The notes under the pieces were generated by a model. It saw nothing but the letters and a program-made list of their open reading frames with translations, was not told the origin of the DNA and did not search any database. From positions 2,108,001-2,172,000 of the forward strand of contig LSRY02000003.1 in assembly GCA_001643675.2 (NCBI GenBank): a stretch of DNA of 64,000 bases, read 5' to 3'. Within the stretch, counting starts at the first letter, position 1; every line of letters starts with the position of its first letter. The position numbers and the translations under genes are program-made. Origin of the DNA: Monocercomonoides exilis PA203. Lineage: Eukaryota > Protista > Preaxostyla. This document shows positions 11,936 to 24,400 of this stretch, in pieces.

Positions 11936-14230
11936 TCAATAATATTTGCCAACGTTCTTCACCTTCTTCAGAAAACCCATCGCGTTGTGTGTCCTCTTGC
12001 AAGGCATCTTTGATAGCCGACAATACATTGCTTTGATGCCAAGAATGTTTTCCACGCATTCATTGTCAGCTGTGTGCCCGTTGAGAAATATGAATAAATC
12101 GACATTCCAATCACCGAATGCTTCTGTTCTGTCGTGCCCAACAACCGAGTTGTCTTTCTGAGCGATGCTTGTCATGAAAGTGAACAAGGGTTCCTTCACA
12201 GAAGCGACAAATGATTCACACACAAAATACATATCTCTTCCGACACTGGCCTTGTTGGCTGAAAACACGATATTGGTGATGGAAAAGGAGGATTCTGACA
12301 CTTGTGAGCCTTCATTGAACTCAACCATGAGAGCACCGCCTCTTCCTCCAGAACTTGTATCCTCGCTCACAGAGCAGGTGGAGAAATTTGTGTCACTCAC
12401 TGAAAAGGAGTTGGCAGGGGCAGATGAGGCGAATGAGATGCACCCGCCATTGGTGGCAGTCTGTTGGCTGAATTGTTCTGAGTTGATGTTGGTGATGGTG
12501 CAGTTGGCGAGGGAGAGGGAGAGGGCAGGGGAGGAAGCAGAGGAGAGGACACAGCTGGTAGGGGTGGCTGTGGAGGTGATGTGAGTGATGTTGGAGGAAT
12601 TGAGGGTGAGGGGATTTGTGAGGGAGGTGAGGTGGAAGATGCTTTGGCTGTTGAGGGTGAGACTGGTGATTGCTGTGTGGTTGAGGGAGAGGGAGCCAGC
12701 AGTGAGGAAGAAGAGGGGTGTTTTGATTGGTGTGGAGGTTGTTCCGGTGATGGTGGTTGTGTTGAGGTTGAGGGAAGGGGAGTTATCGGAGAGGTGGAAG
12801 AGGATGGGAGTGATTTGATTTGTGGAGTTGTGGGCGATGGCGAGGGCAGAGACTGTGAGGGAGCCCTGGGTCTGTTGGAAGAGGGCAGACGAGGCAGATG
12901 GATCTGGTGAAGAAGATGTTGATGATGATGACAAGGATGAAAATGATGATGCTGATTGTGATGACTGTGAATGTGAGTTTGATGGTTGAGGAATGCCACT
13001 GGAGGCGATGATGGTGGCAGTTGTGCCATTTCCAGTGATTTTAGTGTCAACTGCGCTGAAAGTGAGTGTTTGAAGAGGAACAAATATTGAGGTGAGGAGG
13101 GTGAGAGAGGCGTCTTGGAGGAGGGAAATGAAGCCGTTGAGGGCATACTCGATGGTGGCACATGGGGTCTGTTGGGGTCTGCCACAGACATCAGCATCAG
13201 TTCCACCATTTGCAACGATTTTGTTCTGGGCAATGAGGGGGAGCCAGCCATTGTACACTGCATTGTCAGCTGTTCCTGCGTTCCATACTCTTTTTGTTGG
13301 GGTTGTTGAACCACAATTTTCAAACGGAGATTGTGTGATGCTACTGCCATTGAAGAACACATCATTTCCCCTGCCATTTTTGGCAGTGTTGCCATCAAAG
13401 AAACAGAATGTGATGAATTTTACTCCATTCATCCACGTGAAAGTTGAATAGAAGAATATGGCAGCACCTCCATAATTGGTAGAGGCAGTCAGATTGTTAT
13501 TAATAAATTGGCAATCATTGATTGAAAACTGATTTGGCTTATTGGTTGGAGGATCATAAAATGTGAGAGAACCAGCAGAATCTCCACCAGAATTTGAGAT
13601 GCACTTGCATTTGGTGAACAAGAATTGACCGTTTGAGGTCATGTTATTGATCCTAAAATACCAACCAGTTCCACACCAGTTTGTTATTGAACAGCTTTCA
13701 ACTCTGTTTTCTGAGAATGAATAAACAGAATTTGATTGTGGCCAGCCAACATAAGCAGCTCCGCCATGCAATGCCAAACAACTTGTGAAATTGGATTTTA
13801 CGATGTTGACGTTTAATAAATATCTGCAAAACAACGCCCCGCCAACATCACCACTAGAACAATTGTCGAATGAACAAGAAGTGATTGTGAGATTTGCATC
13901 CACACAATTAACATAAAGTGCACCGCCATATTCATTTCCACTGTTTGAATTATTCCATTCGCACCATTCGAATCTGTGGTTGTTCTCATCAAATGAAGTC
14001 AGTCTTCCAGGTTTCACTCTTTGAGATTCAGTTCCTACATGAACAACAGCAGCATTTGGTGAAGAGCGAGTTTGGTGGAGAAAAGAGGTGTTGAAGGCAG
14101 AGAGAGAAGTGAATGGACTGTTGAGATTGGGGAGGATAGCACCATCGATGGGGTTGTGAGTTGTGTGAATGAGAAAATCAATATGAAAGGGGGGAAAGCT
14201 ATTCTGAAACAACAGAAATGATAATGACAT
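11936..14230 (-). CDS. Cassette B: 764-aa Pmp-like beta-helix protein with Ser/Thr-rich extension; ATG present but no clear signal peptide; probably 5' and 3' truncated
   Basis: Uninterrupted ORF; GGAL/FxxC repeats; continues past the KITGN breakpoint where five paralogues stop. Confidence 0.75.
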   Translation of the reverse strand: MSLSFLLFQNSFPPFHIDFLIHTTHNPIDGAILPNLNSPFTSLSAFNTSFLHQTRSSPNAAVVHVGTESQRVKPGRLTSFDENNHRFEWCEWNNSNSGNEYGGALYVNCVDANLTITSCSFDNCSSGDVGGALFCRYLLNVNIVKSNFTSCLALHGGAAYVGWPQSNSVYSFSENRVESCSITNWCGTGWYFRINNMTSNGQFLFTKCKCISNSGGDSAGSLTFYDPPTNKPNQFSINDCQFINNNLTASTNYGGAAIFFYSTFTWMNGVKFITFCFFDGNTAKNGRGNDVFFNGSSITQSPFENCGSTTPTKRVWNAGTADNAVYNGWLPLIAQNKIVANGGTDADVCGRPQQTPCATIEYALNGFISLLQDASLTLLTSIFVPLQTLTFSAVDTKITGNGTTATIIASSGIPQPSNSHSQSSQSASSFSSLSSSSTSSSPDPSASSALFQQTQGSLTVSALAIAHNSTNQITPILFHLSDNSPSLNLNTTTITGTTSTPIKTPLFFLTAGSLSLNHTAITSLTLNSQSIFHLTSLTNPLTLNSSNITHITSTATPTSCVLSSASSPALSLSLANCTITNINSEQFSQQTATNGGCISFASSAPANSFSVSDTNFSTCSVSEDTSSGGRGGALMVEFNEGSQVSESSFSITNIVFSANKASVGRDMYFVCESFVASVKEPLFTFMTSIAQKDNSVVGHDRTEAFGDWNVDLFIFLNGHTADNECVENILGIKAMYCRLSKMPCKRTHNAMGFLKKVKNVGKYY

Positions 14231-14952
14231 TGCTGATGTTCAATCCTGATTGGAAAAAACAATTTTTGTTTTGAATTAATATTTTCGTTTTTCGAGTTTT
14301 CTTTTTCGAGAGCAGTTTCTGAATGAATGAGTGATGCAATGGGAGAAAAAGAAAAGGATGCTTGTATGATGTTCTGTTTTGCTCGAAGTTCTTTTGCATT
14401 TGTTTGTGTTTGGAACGACGAAATTATTCATAGCCTGGAATGTGTCGTTTTTTGTTTTCTATCACTCAGAAAGTTATTTCGTCATTTGCGTTTATCACAA
14501 TGAAACCAATTGAAGATTGGCGAAGCATGCATTCTATTCTCAAATTTCTTTTTGATCTTTCTGTGTTTCACCGTTGTTTTGTGCTCATTTTTTCTTTTTT
14601 AAAAAAGCATATTCTTGTTGAAGATGAGCCGACTTCGCTTGAATGAAACCTGTTCATTTGAATAAAAAGCACCTATTCGCATTTCATCAAGCGTTGACTG
14701 AACGTCATTTTCTTATTTATTTATAATATTAATTTTTTTTTTTTTCAAAGAAAATTTCACTTTTGTTTCTCCAGTGAACTGCAGATCATCAAAAGATAAA
14801 ATTTTATAAACTATTTTTGAAGAAAGTCATTTCATAATCAAAAAGTTTCACAGTTCTTTTCACTTGATTTTTTTTCCCCGATTTTTATCGCATGACAAAG
14901 ATGTGAACAATAGTTATTTTGAATCACTTTGGTTGAATTGCTGATATACACC

Positions 14953-15058
14953 AAAAATAATTCTAATTCGAAAAAAAATAATTCAATTTCGAAAAAAAAT
15001 AATTCAAATTCGGAATTTATTAATTCAATTTCGAAAATGAATATTTCAATTTCGAAAT
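14953..15058. repeat. ~21-bp tandem minisatellite (~5 units, aaaataattcaatttcgaaa-like); mirror at ~18910-19015
   Basis: Adjacent degenerate units with TTCGAA cores and no unique spacers. Confidence 0.75.
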
Positions 15059-15498
15059 CCATCAAAAACTGAAATTTTTAATTTTTCTCGAGAATGGATT
15101 TCTGAAAAGTTCAAGTTATTTTTTAACCAATCAAATTATATTACTTATAGAAAACTGTTTTTTTATTGCAACAATCAATCAATCAATTTTTTAAAAATTT
15201 TTTTCATTTTCGAAAATCATCACTCAAATAACGATAATTTTATAAAAAATTCATTCTAATGAATAACCAAATAAAAATCATTAAATTTTCAATCACATTT
15301 ATTGAATTATTTCATCACAATAATGTGATTGTTTCATTGGCAAAATTTTGAATAATATCGGTTTTAAACATGAAAATGAATTTCTTTCCTTTTCAAATTA
15401 ACTTCAATCAATAAATCTTCATTCAAAATGAAAGAAAATTTTTTTATGAAAATGCATCATTTTTCAAATATTGATAAACAAAATTTGCTGATGAGATA

Positions 15499-18469
15499 TT
15501 CGCAATGGAGCGAATCTACAAACGCAAGGAGCAGGTTTGCTCCTCAATAATGAGAATTAATCACGATTTATGTGTGGTTTAAGATCTAACTTCGCCAATA
15601 CTCAAATTCAAAGTTGATCCTAATTGTCCGCAAAGAAAATGAAGCAACAACCTGTTATTATGAAACATAGAGACGGAGATGGAAAAGAATCAGATCTATA
15701 TTAGAAACTGGAAAGAGAGGAAAATATTATTGAAAAACTTACTAGGATCTGAGCATGAAATACATCATCAGGAATAGAAGAGAGTGCAAAGCTGATAAAG
15801 TCTAACAGCGAACCGCGCATTTTGAAGATTTAATATCAATAACAGAAGCTGAAAAACATAGTGAGATAATTATTAAAATTAGAAAAGCGTTGTGCCACAT
15901 TACAATTTCAGAAATTGAAACCACGAAAAATCGTGAGATATTTAAACAAAATGAAGATATGATATTTTTTAGACTTTTTTAAAGAATAAAACTACATAAT
16001 ATTTTTTATTTATTAGGATTAAGAACCGCGCTTCGCAGCGAGATGATAAAAGAGATAGAAATCTCTGAAAATCGATTGGCTTTGCAAAGGAAATATTGAC
16101 AAGCTGTATTACGAAACAATATTAAAACTGAATAAGTGAAATATCATCAATTTATAATTCGAAATGATACGTTTCATTATAAGAGAAATTATCACATAAG
16201 GGAAACCGCTAAATATTACTGGACTGAGAGAAAAAAGAAATTTGTGGATCGTCGCGAGATTATTGTGGAGTAACAAACCACTGAAGATCAAAAGAGTTAA
16301 TACAAAGAGAGAGCTGAGTTTGCTGATAGATAAGGATAGAGAAATAAATTGAGAGAAATTGTGATTTGATGATACGGTAAGAAACAAAACACTTTTGCGA
16401 GATATGTGCAGATATAGAGACTGCGAAATTTCGCGAGAAAATCGAAGAGGTGAAATTCGCGAAGAATCGCGAGGAGAAGACAGAGAATGAGACTGCTGAA
16501 GACCGCGAGAGGCGGATACAGAAATAAGCCGCATAGTATGGAGTGATGAAACTCGGAGAAGACTCCACCTACCTCAGCTAAAATTCTTATGGACATACTC
16601 AGCTGGACTTAGAAGAAACGGGACGATGCACTTAGAGTGAAGAAAGTCGCAGAGATATTTCAAACATTCGCACCGAGAAGACTTGATTCAATTTCAGACA
16701 CGATTACTCCGGTGCACTGCGGAACTATTTATAAACTATCCTCTCTGAGAAGGAAGAGAGAGAAAGAAATGCAAGAAGATGAGATAGTGCAAGTCCATCT
16801 GTTCCTGAGAAACATCGGATTGTCCTCTAAAGAGATGAGAAATGAGGACTTGAAGTAACCCCCAGGAGACGTTATGGGAGTTATAATGGAAGAGAAAATA
16901 TTCCATGAAAGTTCCTCTTTTAAGCATGGCGAGAATACGTCGGAGCGAAGGACATATCAGCAGTAATACTGAGAAATCAGAAGTGTGAAAGAGATTCGTG
17001 GAGGGCACTTCGAAGATTTTAACAATTCTTGGATAAAGAAAGAATAGATGAAACAGATCCCTCACAGAGAAAGATACCAAATGGATTGTGGCAGAATTTA
17101 CTGAAACGCTTTCAAATACTAACCTGTCTTGTGGAGTGATTTATCAGACAGTTCGAAAAGTACTAAATTCTATTAATCTATTCAGAGAGACTAAGATTGA
17201 TGTGAAAGACATAGAAATATTTCTTAAAACCTATGTTGGGGAGAAGCAAAGAAGAGGCAAACGATACAAATCGATGTGGGATTTGACAATCATCACGAAG
17301 TGGGCCGAAACCACCTACGACGCAAAGGACAAACGAACACTCCAGAGGAGAGCCCTCATCCTCACCATGATCTTTGGAGCGTTAAGGCCAGCTGAGCTGG
17401 AGAGATTGAGAAATGAGTGTTCCATATTGAAAGGGAATACAGCATTAATGGAAGTGCAGATAAAGATAACAAAAAGGAAACTATTACAATCGAAATTAAC
17501 GAACATTCAAACGCACTCATCGATTCAGAAGAAATGCTCCAACATTGGTTTAATTTCACCAGGATAACCTTTTAAGTTGAACATGTGTGGTTAATATAAG
17601 AGAAGGTCAGCCTGCAAATATGCAGAGAATAACAGAAGAGTTTGAAGCTATTCAAAAAGGGTATGAAATACACCATCCTTTGACCGTGTTCTCGATAAGA
17701 CATAAAGTTATAATACACATATCAAGATGAAAAGGTTTTGATTGGAAAGCGAGAAATACGCACGCAAGAGGGGAGCAAGGATTAAGAGTGGACCGAAAAC
17801 TTGAAACATTTAACGAGTTCAAGATATGTTATGGATCCTGTTGACAATCGACTTTCAAGAACCCCCTATTGGAGAAGAAGAAAAGTTGGATATAAGAAGA
17901 GGAAGGAAGGATATGTGAACCGAGAAAGCAAATTCAGAGATGAAAAATTGCACCAAATATATATACATATATTTATCAGAAGCTGGCGGAGAAGAAGATA
18001 TGAGAAAAGGAAAAAAGTTAAAGAGACTAGATTTACCGAGTTGAGAAGAGAGAAAGCAAAGATAAATAGCTCAGTCACAGAACTCCTCATCCCGACCACC
18101 CTAATGTCGGAGAACACCCCTCATAATTCCCAGCAGCGGAAGCGAGCGGACTGGAAGCAAACACACTGCCTAACAGAGAAAGAAGGGCACAGACAGGAGG
18201 AAGCATGGAGTAAGATATCTGGATTGGATGATAAAGAACTCAAGATAAACGAATTCCCGGTCGAGAACGCCTCGGAAACACCCCATGAAAAGGAGGGAGT
18301 AGAGACAGGAGCCGCACCTTCATCCGCAGACTCTCCAAACATCCGCCGCACGATGACGTGCTAGGCAGGAGGGTTTAAGATCAGAGGAGAAGAAAAAGAA
18401 AGGGATTTCGAGACTCATTATAAAGGAGCAAACCTGCTCCTTGCGTTTGTAGATTCGCTCCATTGCGAA
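15499..18469 (+). mobile_element. E1: decayed TIR-bounded tyrosine-recombinase element (DIRS-derived, no RT seen), forming the spacer of the large palindrome
   Basis: ~56-bp TIRs (15499-15554, 18414-18469) homologous to E2 TIRs; interior colinear with E2 apart from deletions; YR remnant. Confidence 0.9.
16900..17830 (+). pseudogene. Tyrosine recombinase pseudogene of E1
   Basis: RYKSMWDLTII..LQRRALILTMIFGALRPAEL matches the E2 YR; frameshifts and stops downstream; decayed FSIRH at ~17688-17702. Confidence 0.85.
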
Positions 18470-21400
18470 TATCTCATCAGCAAATTTTGTTTATCAATAT
18501 TTGAAAAATGATGCATTTTCATAAAAAAATTTTCTTTCATTTTGAATGAAGATTTATTGATTGAAGTTAATTTGAAAAGGAAAGAAATTCATTTTCATGT
18601 TTAAAACCGATATTATTCAAAATTTTGCCAATGAAACAATCACATTATTGTGATGAAATAATTCAATAAATGTGATTGAAAATTTAATGATTTTTATTTG
18701 GTTATTCATTAGAATGAATTTTTTATAAAATTATCGTTATTTGAGTGATGATTTTCGAAAATGAAAAAAATTTTTAAAAAATTGATTGATTGATTGTTGC
18801 AATAAAAAAACAGTTTTCTATAAGTAATATAATTTGATTGGTTAAAAAATAACTTGAACTTTTCAGAAATCCATTCTCGAGAAAAATTAAAAATTTCAGT
18901 TTTTGATGGATTTCGAAATTGAAATATTCATTTTCGAAATTGAATTAATAAATTCCGAATTTGAATTATTTTTTTTCGAAATTGAATTATTTTTTTTCGA
19001 ATTAGAATTATTTTTGGTGTATATCAGCAATTCAACCAAAGTGATTCAAAATAACTATTGTTCACATCTTTGTCATGCGATAAAAATCGGGGAAAAAAAA
19101 TCAAGTGAAAAGAACTGTGAAACTTTTTGATTATGAAATGACTTTCTTCAAAAATAGTTTATAAAATTTTATCTTTTGATGATCTGCAGTTCACTGGAGA
19201 AACAAAAGTGAAATTTTCTTTGAAAAAAAAAAAAATTAATATTATAAATAAATAAGAAAATGACGTTCAGTCAACGCTTGATGAAATGCGAATAGGTGCT
19301 TTTTATTCAAATGAACAGGTTTCATTCAAGCGAAGTCGGCTCATCTTCAACAAGAATATGCTTTTTTAAAAAAGAAAAAATGAGCACAAAACAACGGTGA
19401 AACACAGAAAGATCAAAAAGAAATTTGAGAATAGAATGCATGCTTCGCCAATCTTCAATTGGTTTCATTGTGATAAACGCAAATGACGAAATAACTTTCT
19501 GAGTGATAGAAAACAAAAAACGACACATTCCAGGCTATGAATAATTTCGTCGTTCCAAACACAAACAAATGCAAAAGAACTTCGAGCAAAACAGAACATC
19601 ATACAAGCATCCTTTTCTTTTTCTCCCATTGCATCACTCATTCATTCAGAAACTGCTCTCGAAAAAGAAAACTCGAAAAACGAAAATATTAATTCAAAAC
19701 AAAAATTGTTTTTTCCAATCAGGATTGAACATCAGCAATGTCATTATCATTTCTGTTGTTTCAGAATAGCTTTCCCCCTTTCATATTGATTTTCTCATTC
19801 ACACAACTCACAACCCCATCGATGGTGCTATCCTCCCCAATCTCAACAGTCCATTCACTTCTCTCTCTGCCTTCAACACCTCTTTTCTCCACCAAACTCG
19901 CTCTTCACCAAATGCTGCTGTTGTTCATGTAGGAACTGAATCTCAAAGAGTGAAACCTGGAAGACTGACTTCATTTGATGAGAACAACCACAGATTCGAA
20001 TGGTGCGAATGGAATAATTCAAACAGTGGAAATGAATATGGCGGTGCACTTTATGTTAATTGTGTGGATGCAAATCTCACAATCACTTCTTGTTCATTCG
20101 ACAATTGTTCTAGTGGTGATGTTGGCGGGGCGTTGTTTTGCAGATATTTATTAAACGTCAACATCGTAAAATCCAATTTCACAAGTTGTTTGGCATTGCA
20201 TGGCGGAGCTGCTTATGTTGGCTGGCCACAATCAAATTCTGTTTATTCATTCTCAGAAAACAGAGTTGAAAGCTGTTCAATAACAAACTGGTGTGGAACT
20301 GGTTGGTATTTTAGGATCAATAACATGACCTCAAACGGTCAATTCTTGTTCACCAAATGCAAGTGCATCTCAAATTCTGGTGGAGATTCTGCTGGTTCTC
20401 TCACATTTTATGATCCTCCAACCAATAAGCCAAATCAGTTTTCAATCAATGATTGCCAATTTATTAATAACAATCTGACTGCCTCTACCAATTATGGAGG
20501 TGCTGCCATATTCTTCTATTCAACTTTCACGTGGATGAATGGAGTAAAATTCATCACATTCTGTTTCTTTGATGGCAACACTGCCAAAAATGGCAGGGGA
20601 AATGATGTGTTCTTCAATGGCAGTAGCATCACACAATCTCCGTTTGAAAATTGTGGTTCAACAACCCCAACAAAAAGAGTATGGAACGCAGGAACAGCTG
20701 ACAATGCAGTGTACAATGGCTGGCTCCCCCTCATTGCCCAGAACAAAATCGTTGCAAATGGTGGAACTGATGCTGATGTCTGTGGCAGACCCCAACAGAC
20801 CCCATGTGCCACCATCGAGTATGCCCTCAACGGCTTCATTTCCCTCCTCCAAGACGCCTCTCTCACCCTCCTCACCTCAATATTTGTTCCTCTTCAAACA
20901 CTCACTTTCAGCGCAGTTGACACTAAAATCACTGGAAATGGCACAACTGCCACCATCATCGCCTCCAGTGGCATTCCCCAACCACCAAACTCACATTCAC
21001 AGTCATCACAATCAGCATCATCATTTTCATCCTTGTCATCATCATCAACATCTTCTTCACCAGATCCATCTGCCTCGTCTGCCCTCTTCCAACAGACCCA
21101 GGGCTCCCTCACAGTCTCTGCCCTCGCCATCGCCCACAACTCCACAAATCAAATCACTCCCATCCTCTTCCACCTCTCCGATAACTCCCCTTCCCTCAAC
21201 CTCAACACAACCACCATCACCGGAACAACCTCCACACCAATCAAAACACCCCTCTTCTTCCTCACTGCTGGCTCCCTCTCCCTCAACCACACAGCAATCA
21301 CCAGTCTCACCCTCAACAGCCAAAGCATCTTCCACCTCACCTCCCTCACAAATCCCCTCACCCTCAACTCCTCCAACATCACCCACATCACCTCCACAGC

Positions 21401-24400
21401 CACCCCCACCAGCTGTGTCCTCTCCTCTGCTTCCTCCCCTGCCCTCTCCCTCTCCCTCGCCAACTGCACCATCACCAACATCAACTCAGAACAATTCAGC
21501 CAACAGACTGCCACCAATGGCGGGTGCATCTCATTCGCCTCATCTGCCCCTGCCAACTCCTTTTCAGTGAGTGACACAAATTTCTCCACCTGCTCTGTGA
21601 GCGAGGATACAAGTTCTGGAGGAAGAGGCGGTGCTCTCATGGTTGAGTTCAATGAAGGCTCACAAGTGTCAGAATCCTCCTTTTCCATCACCAATATCGT
21701 GTTTTCAGCCAACAAGGCCAGTGTCGGAAGAGATATGTATTTTGTGTGTGAATCATTTGTCGCTTCTGTGAAGGAACCCTTGTTCACTTTCATGACAAGC
21801 ATCGCTCAGAAAGACAACTCGGTTGTTGGGCACGACAGAACAGAAGCATTCGGTGATTGGAATGTCGATTTATTCATATTTCTCAACGGGCACACAGCTG
21901 ACAATGAATGCGTGGAAAACATTCTTGGCATCAAAGCAATGTATTGTCGGCTATCAAAGATGCCTTGCAAGAGGACACACAACGCGATGGGTTTTCTGAA
22001 GAAGGTGAAGAACGTTGGCAAATATTATTGAATGAGCAGACAAATTGTGAATTTATGTGCAAGTGACGGTAAAATCGAAGAAAGTTGGGGAGATGGCACA
22101 CAAAATTGAAGAAAACATCTCATTTTTGCATTTGATTGATTAATCACCATATATCTTCTGTAAATTCTGTTGTTTCATAGAATTTTTCTTTGAACATGTC
22201 TTTCCTCTAAATAACTTTCCTTCATCGTCTCATCTTTGATTTCTCGTTGAAGGCATTTGGCATTGTGTGATCTGAAGAAGAACATCATTTCAATCATTTA
22301 TTCCGTTCAAGAATTGTTTCGATAATATGCTTTTTTTCATCTGAGCCTCTTTCATCTACCAAACAAAAAAGGCAAAGTCGTCCACCATTTTTGATTGCAA
22401 GCCTGCTGCTCCGCTTTTCTTGATTCGAAATCATATCTATTGTTGTTTAATTTCAGCTGATCTTTCCTTCTTCTTTTTGATGATTCATCTCACTTCGCAT
22501 TGGATCATACTTTTGGCATTCAAATATTCAAGCTGTTCAATCAGCAATTTTTGACAAATTCAACTGAAAATTGTTTCATTAGCATTTCTTCTTCTCGGCT
22601 TATCAATCGCTAAGTAATCCTTCTTTTCATTTTCCTTTTACAATTCAGATGAAAAAAGACATCTGCATAAATTCATTTTTTTCAATGATACTTGTGAAGA
22701 AGTTAAGAATGCTTTGTATGATGTTGTTGACTGGCAAAAAATATCGTATTTGATAAATTGACTTCAGAAGGAATTGAAAATTGTTACACAAAATTTGAGA
22801 TGGATAAACTGCAATTCATGAATTAAGCTGCATATCCACAAGTCATTGGCTGACTTTGAATTGTTGCTCCGACTTTTCATTTTGAAAAGAAAACCCCAAT
22901 ATTTTCAAATTCTTCTTCTTTATCTTCTTGTTACCACTCCAATTAAAACTCAATCGTTCTCTTTCTTCTTTTCCCCTCTCATCTCCTCAACTTCTCATTT
23001 GTTCTTCTTCTCATTTTGTTTTCTTCCTCCAACAATCCTATTCCAAAGCCACTTCTTTTCCCTTTCTTTTCCAATTCTCTGGTCGCCTCTCTCGCCAAGC
23101 ACAGCCGCTCTGCAACGGTCTCTTCCAAATATTTTTCATTGAATCATCTGTTCACAAAAAATATCCTCAATTAAGCAAACAATGCCAAGCTCAGTGTGGC
23201 CGAGGCGCTTCTGATGACGTCTCGTTCAATGCCATCATTTTGAAGAAACCTAAATTAATCAACACAAAAAATAAAAAAAAATATTGCAATCATCAATTAT
23301 GAAACAAGTGAAATAATACATTCTATTTATCAGCGTCACACAACCTCAAAACAGTCCTTTCCGCTTTTTGACGTTTATTCAAGCTATTTTTCAACAAATT
23401 GCAAAGTCAATCATGCGATGAAAAACATCATTCGAAAAGGACAATCAGTGATTTTTCATCCTTCTCTTCTTCATCAACAATCATCTTTCCAATTTTTCTA
23501 CTCAGTGAAGGATTGACAAAACGACCAATCCTTGCTCCATTCAGCTCTTTGCAACAGTTCATATGCTTTAACAGCAACATAGAATTTTCCATTGTCGTTT
23601 TTCTTTTCTTCATTCGTTATTATTCATTTTCGTTTTGTCAAGCATTTCAGGCATCAGAGCAGACATAAATTGTTCTTCTTCTTCCATTTTGCCTATTGTC
23701 CCATGCATTTCTTCCATTTCCTGTTTCTGTTCTTTCTCGTCGTGTGCCATCACATTTATCTATTCTTCAAAATTTATCAAGAAAGAAAGAGAGATAGAGA
23801 GAAATCATCCCAATCATCACAAATTCAAGGGAAACAATGCTCTCAAACCAGTGAGTGCTTTCAATGCGCCCTTCTCCTGCATTTTTGCAAATCCACAGAA
23901 ACACAGAAACCATCCCGAATTTCCCATTCACATTCAACAAGAACATCCTTCAAAGGCGGAAACAACAAAAAAATAGAAAACGCAAAATAGTCATAAAAAT
24001 ATAAGCATTCACACCATCAAACTGAATAATGACATTTTTAGCAAGATATTTCACAGAAAAAACAATGATTTAACTTTTCAAGTTTATTGTTATGGATGTT
24101 CTGATCGAGTTGTTTTCTTTGAGCAAAATTAACCATTGGAAAGATGATAGATCGGCAAACGAATATTTTCTGCAGGATAGGCGATATTATTTTGTGCGTT
24201 GGTACGAGACAGCGACGGCGGGGAATTGATGATGGAATTGGGCGAGATGATTTTTATGAAAAGCATCTTTGAAGGAAATTCATTTTCCAAAATAATGAAT
24301 GAAAAGTTTGATGTTTGCATTTTTTATTATTCTTGTTCATTTTAAAGATGTTTCCATCTGTGGCCTTCTCAGAGTGCAAGAATCTGATAAATTATATAAA

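Larger units (their letters stand above)
8422..15544 (+). repeat. Left arm of a 7.1 kb near-perfect inverted repeat
   Basis: Reverse complement of 18424-25544; mirrored ORF coordinates sum to 33966-33968; I see only 2 homopolymer indels and 4 C/T substitutions. Confidence 0.97.

Noticed and set aside
12397-13398. 333-aa Pro/Ser-rich ORF (and mirror 20569..21570, plus 48552..49427 and 48986..49492)
   Set aside because: Alternative-frame or antisense shadows of C-rich Ser/Thr codons in the beta-helix genes
14953-15058. Possible CRISPR-like array
   Set aside because: Units are adjacent with no unique spacers, the context is eukaryotic and no cas genes are present; it is a minisatellite
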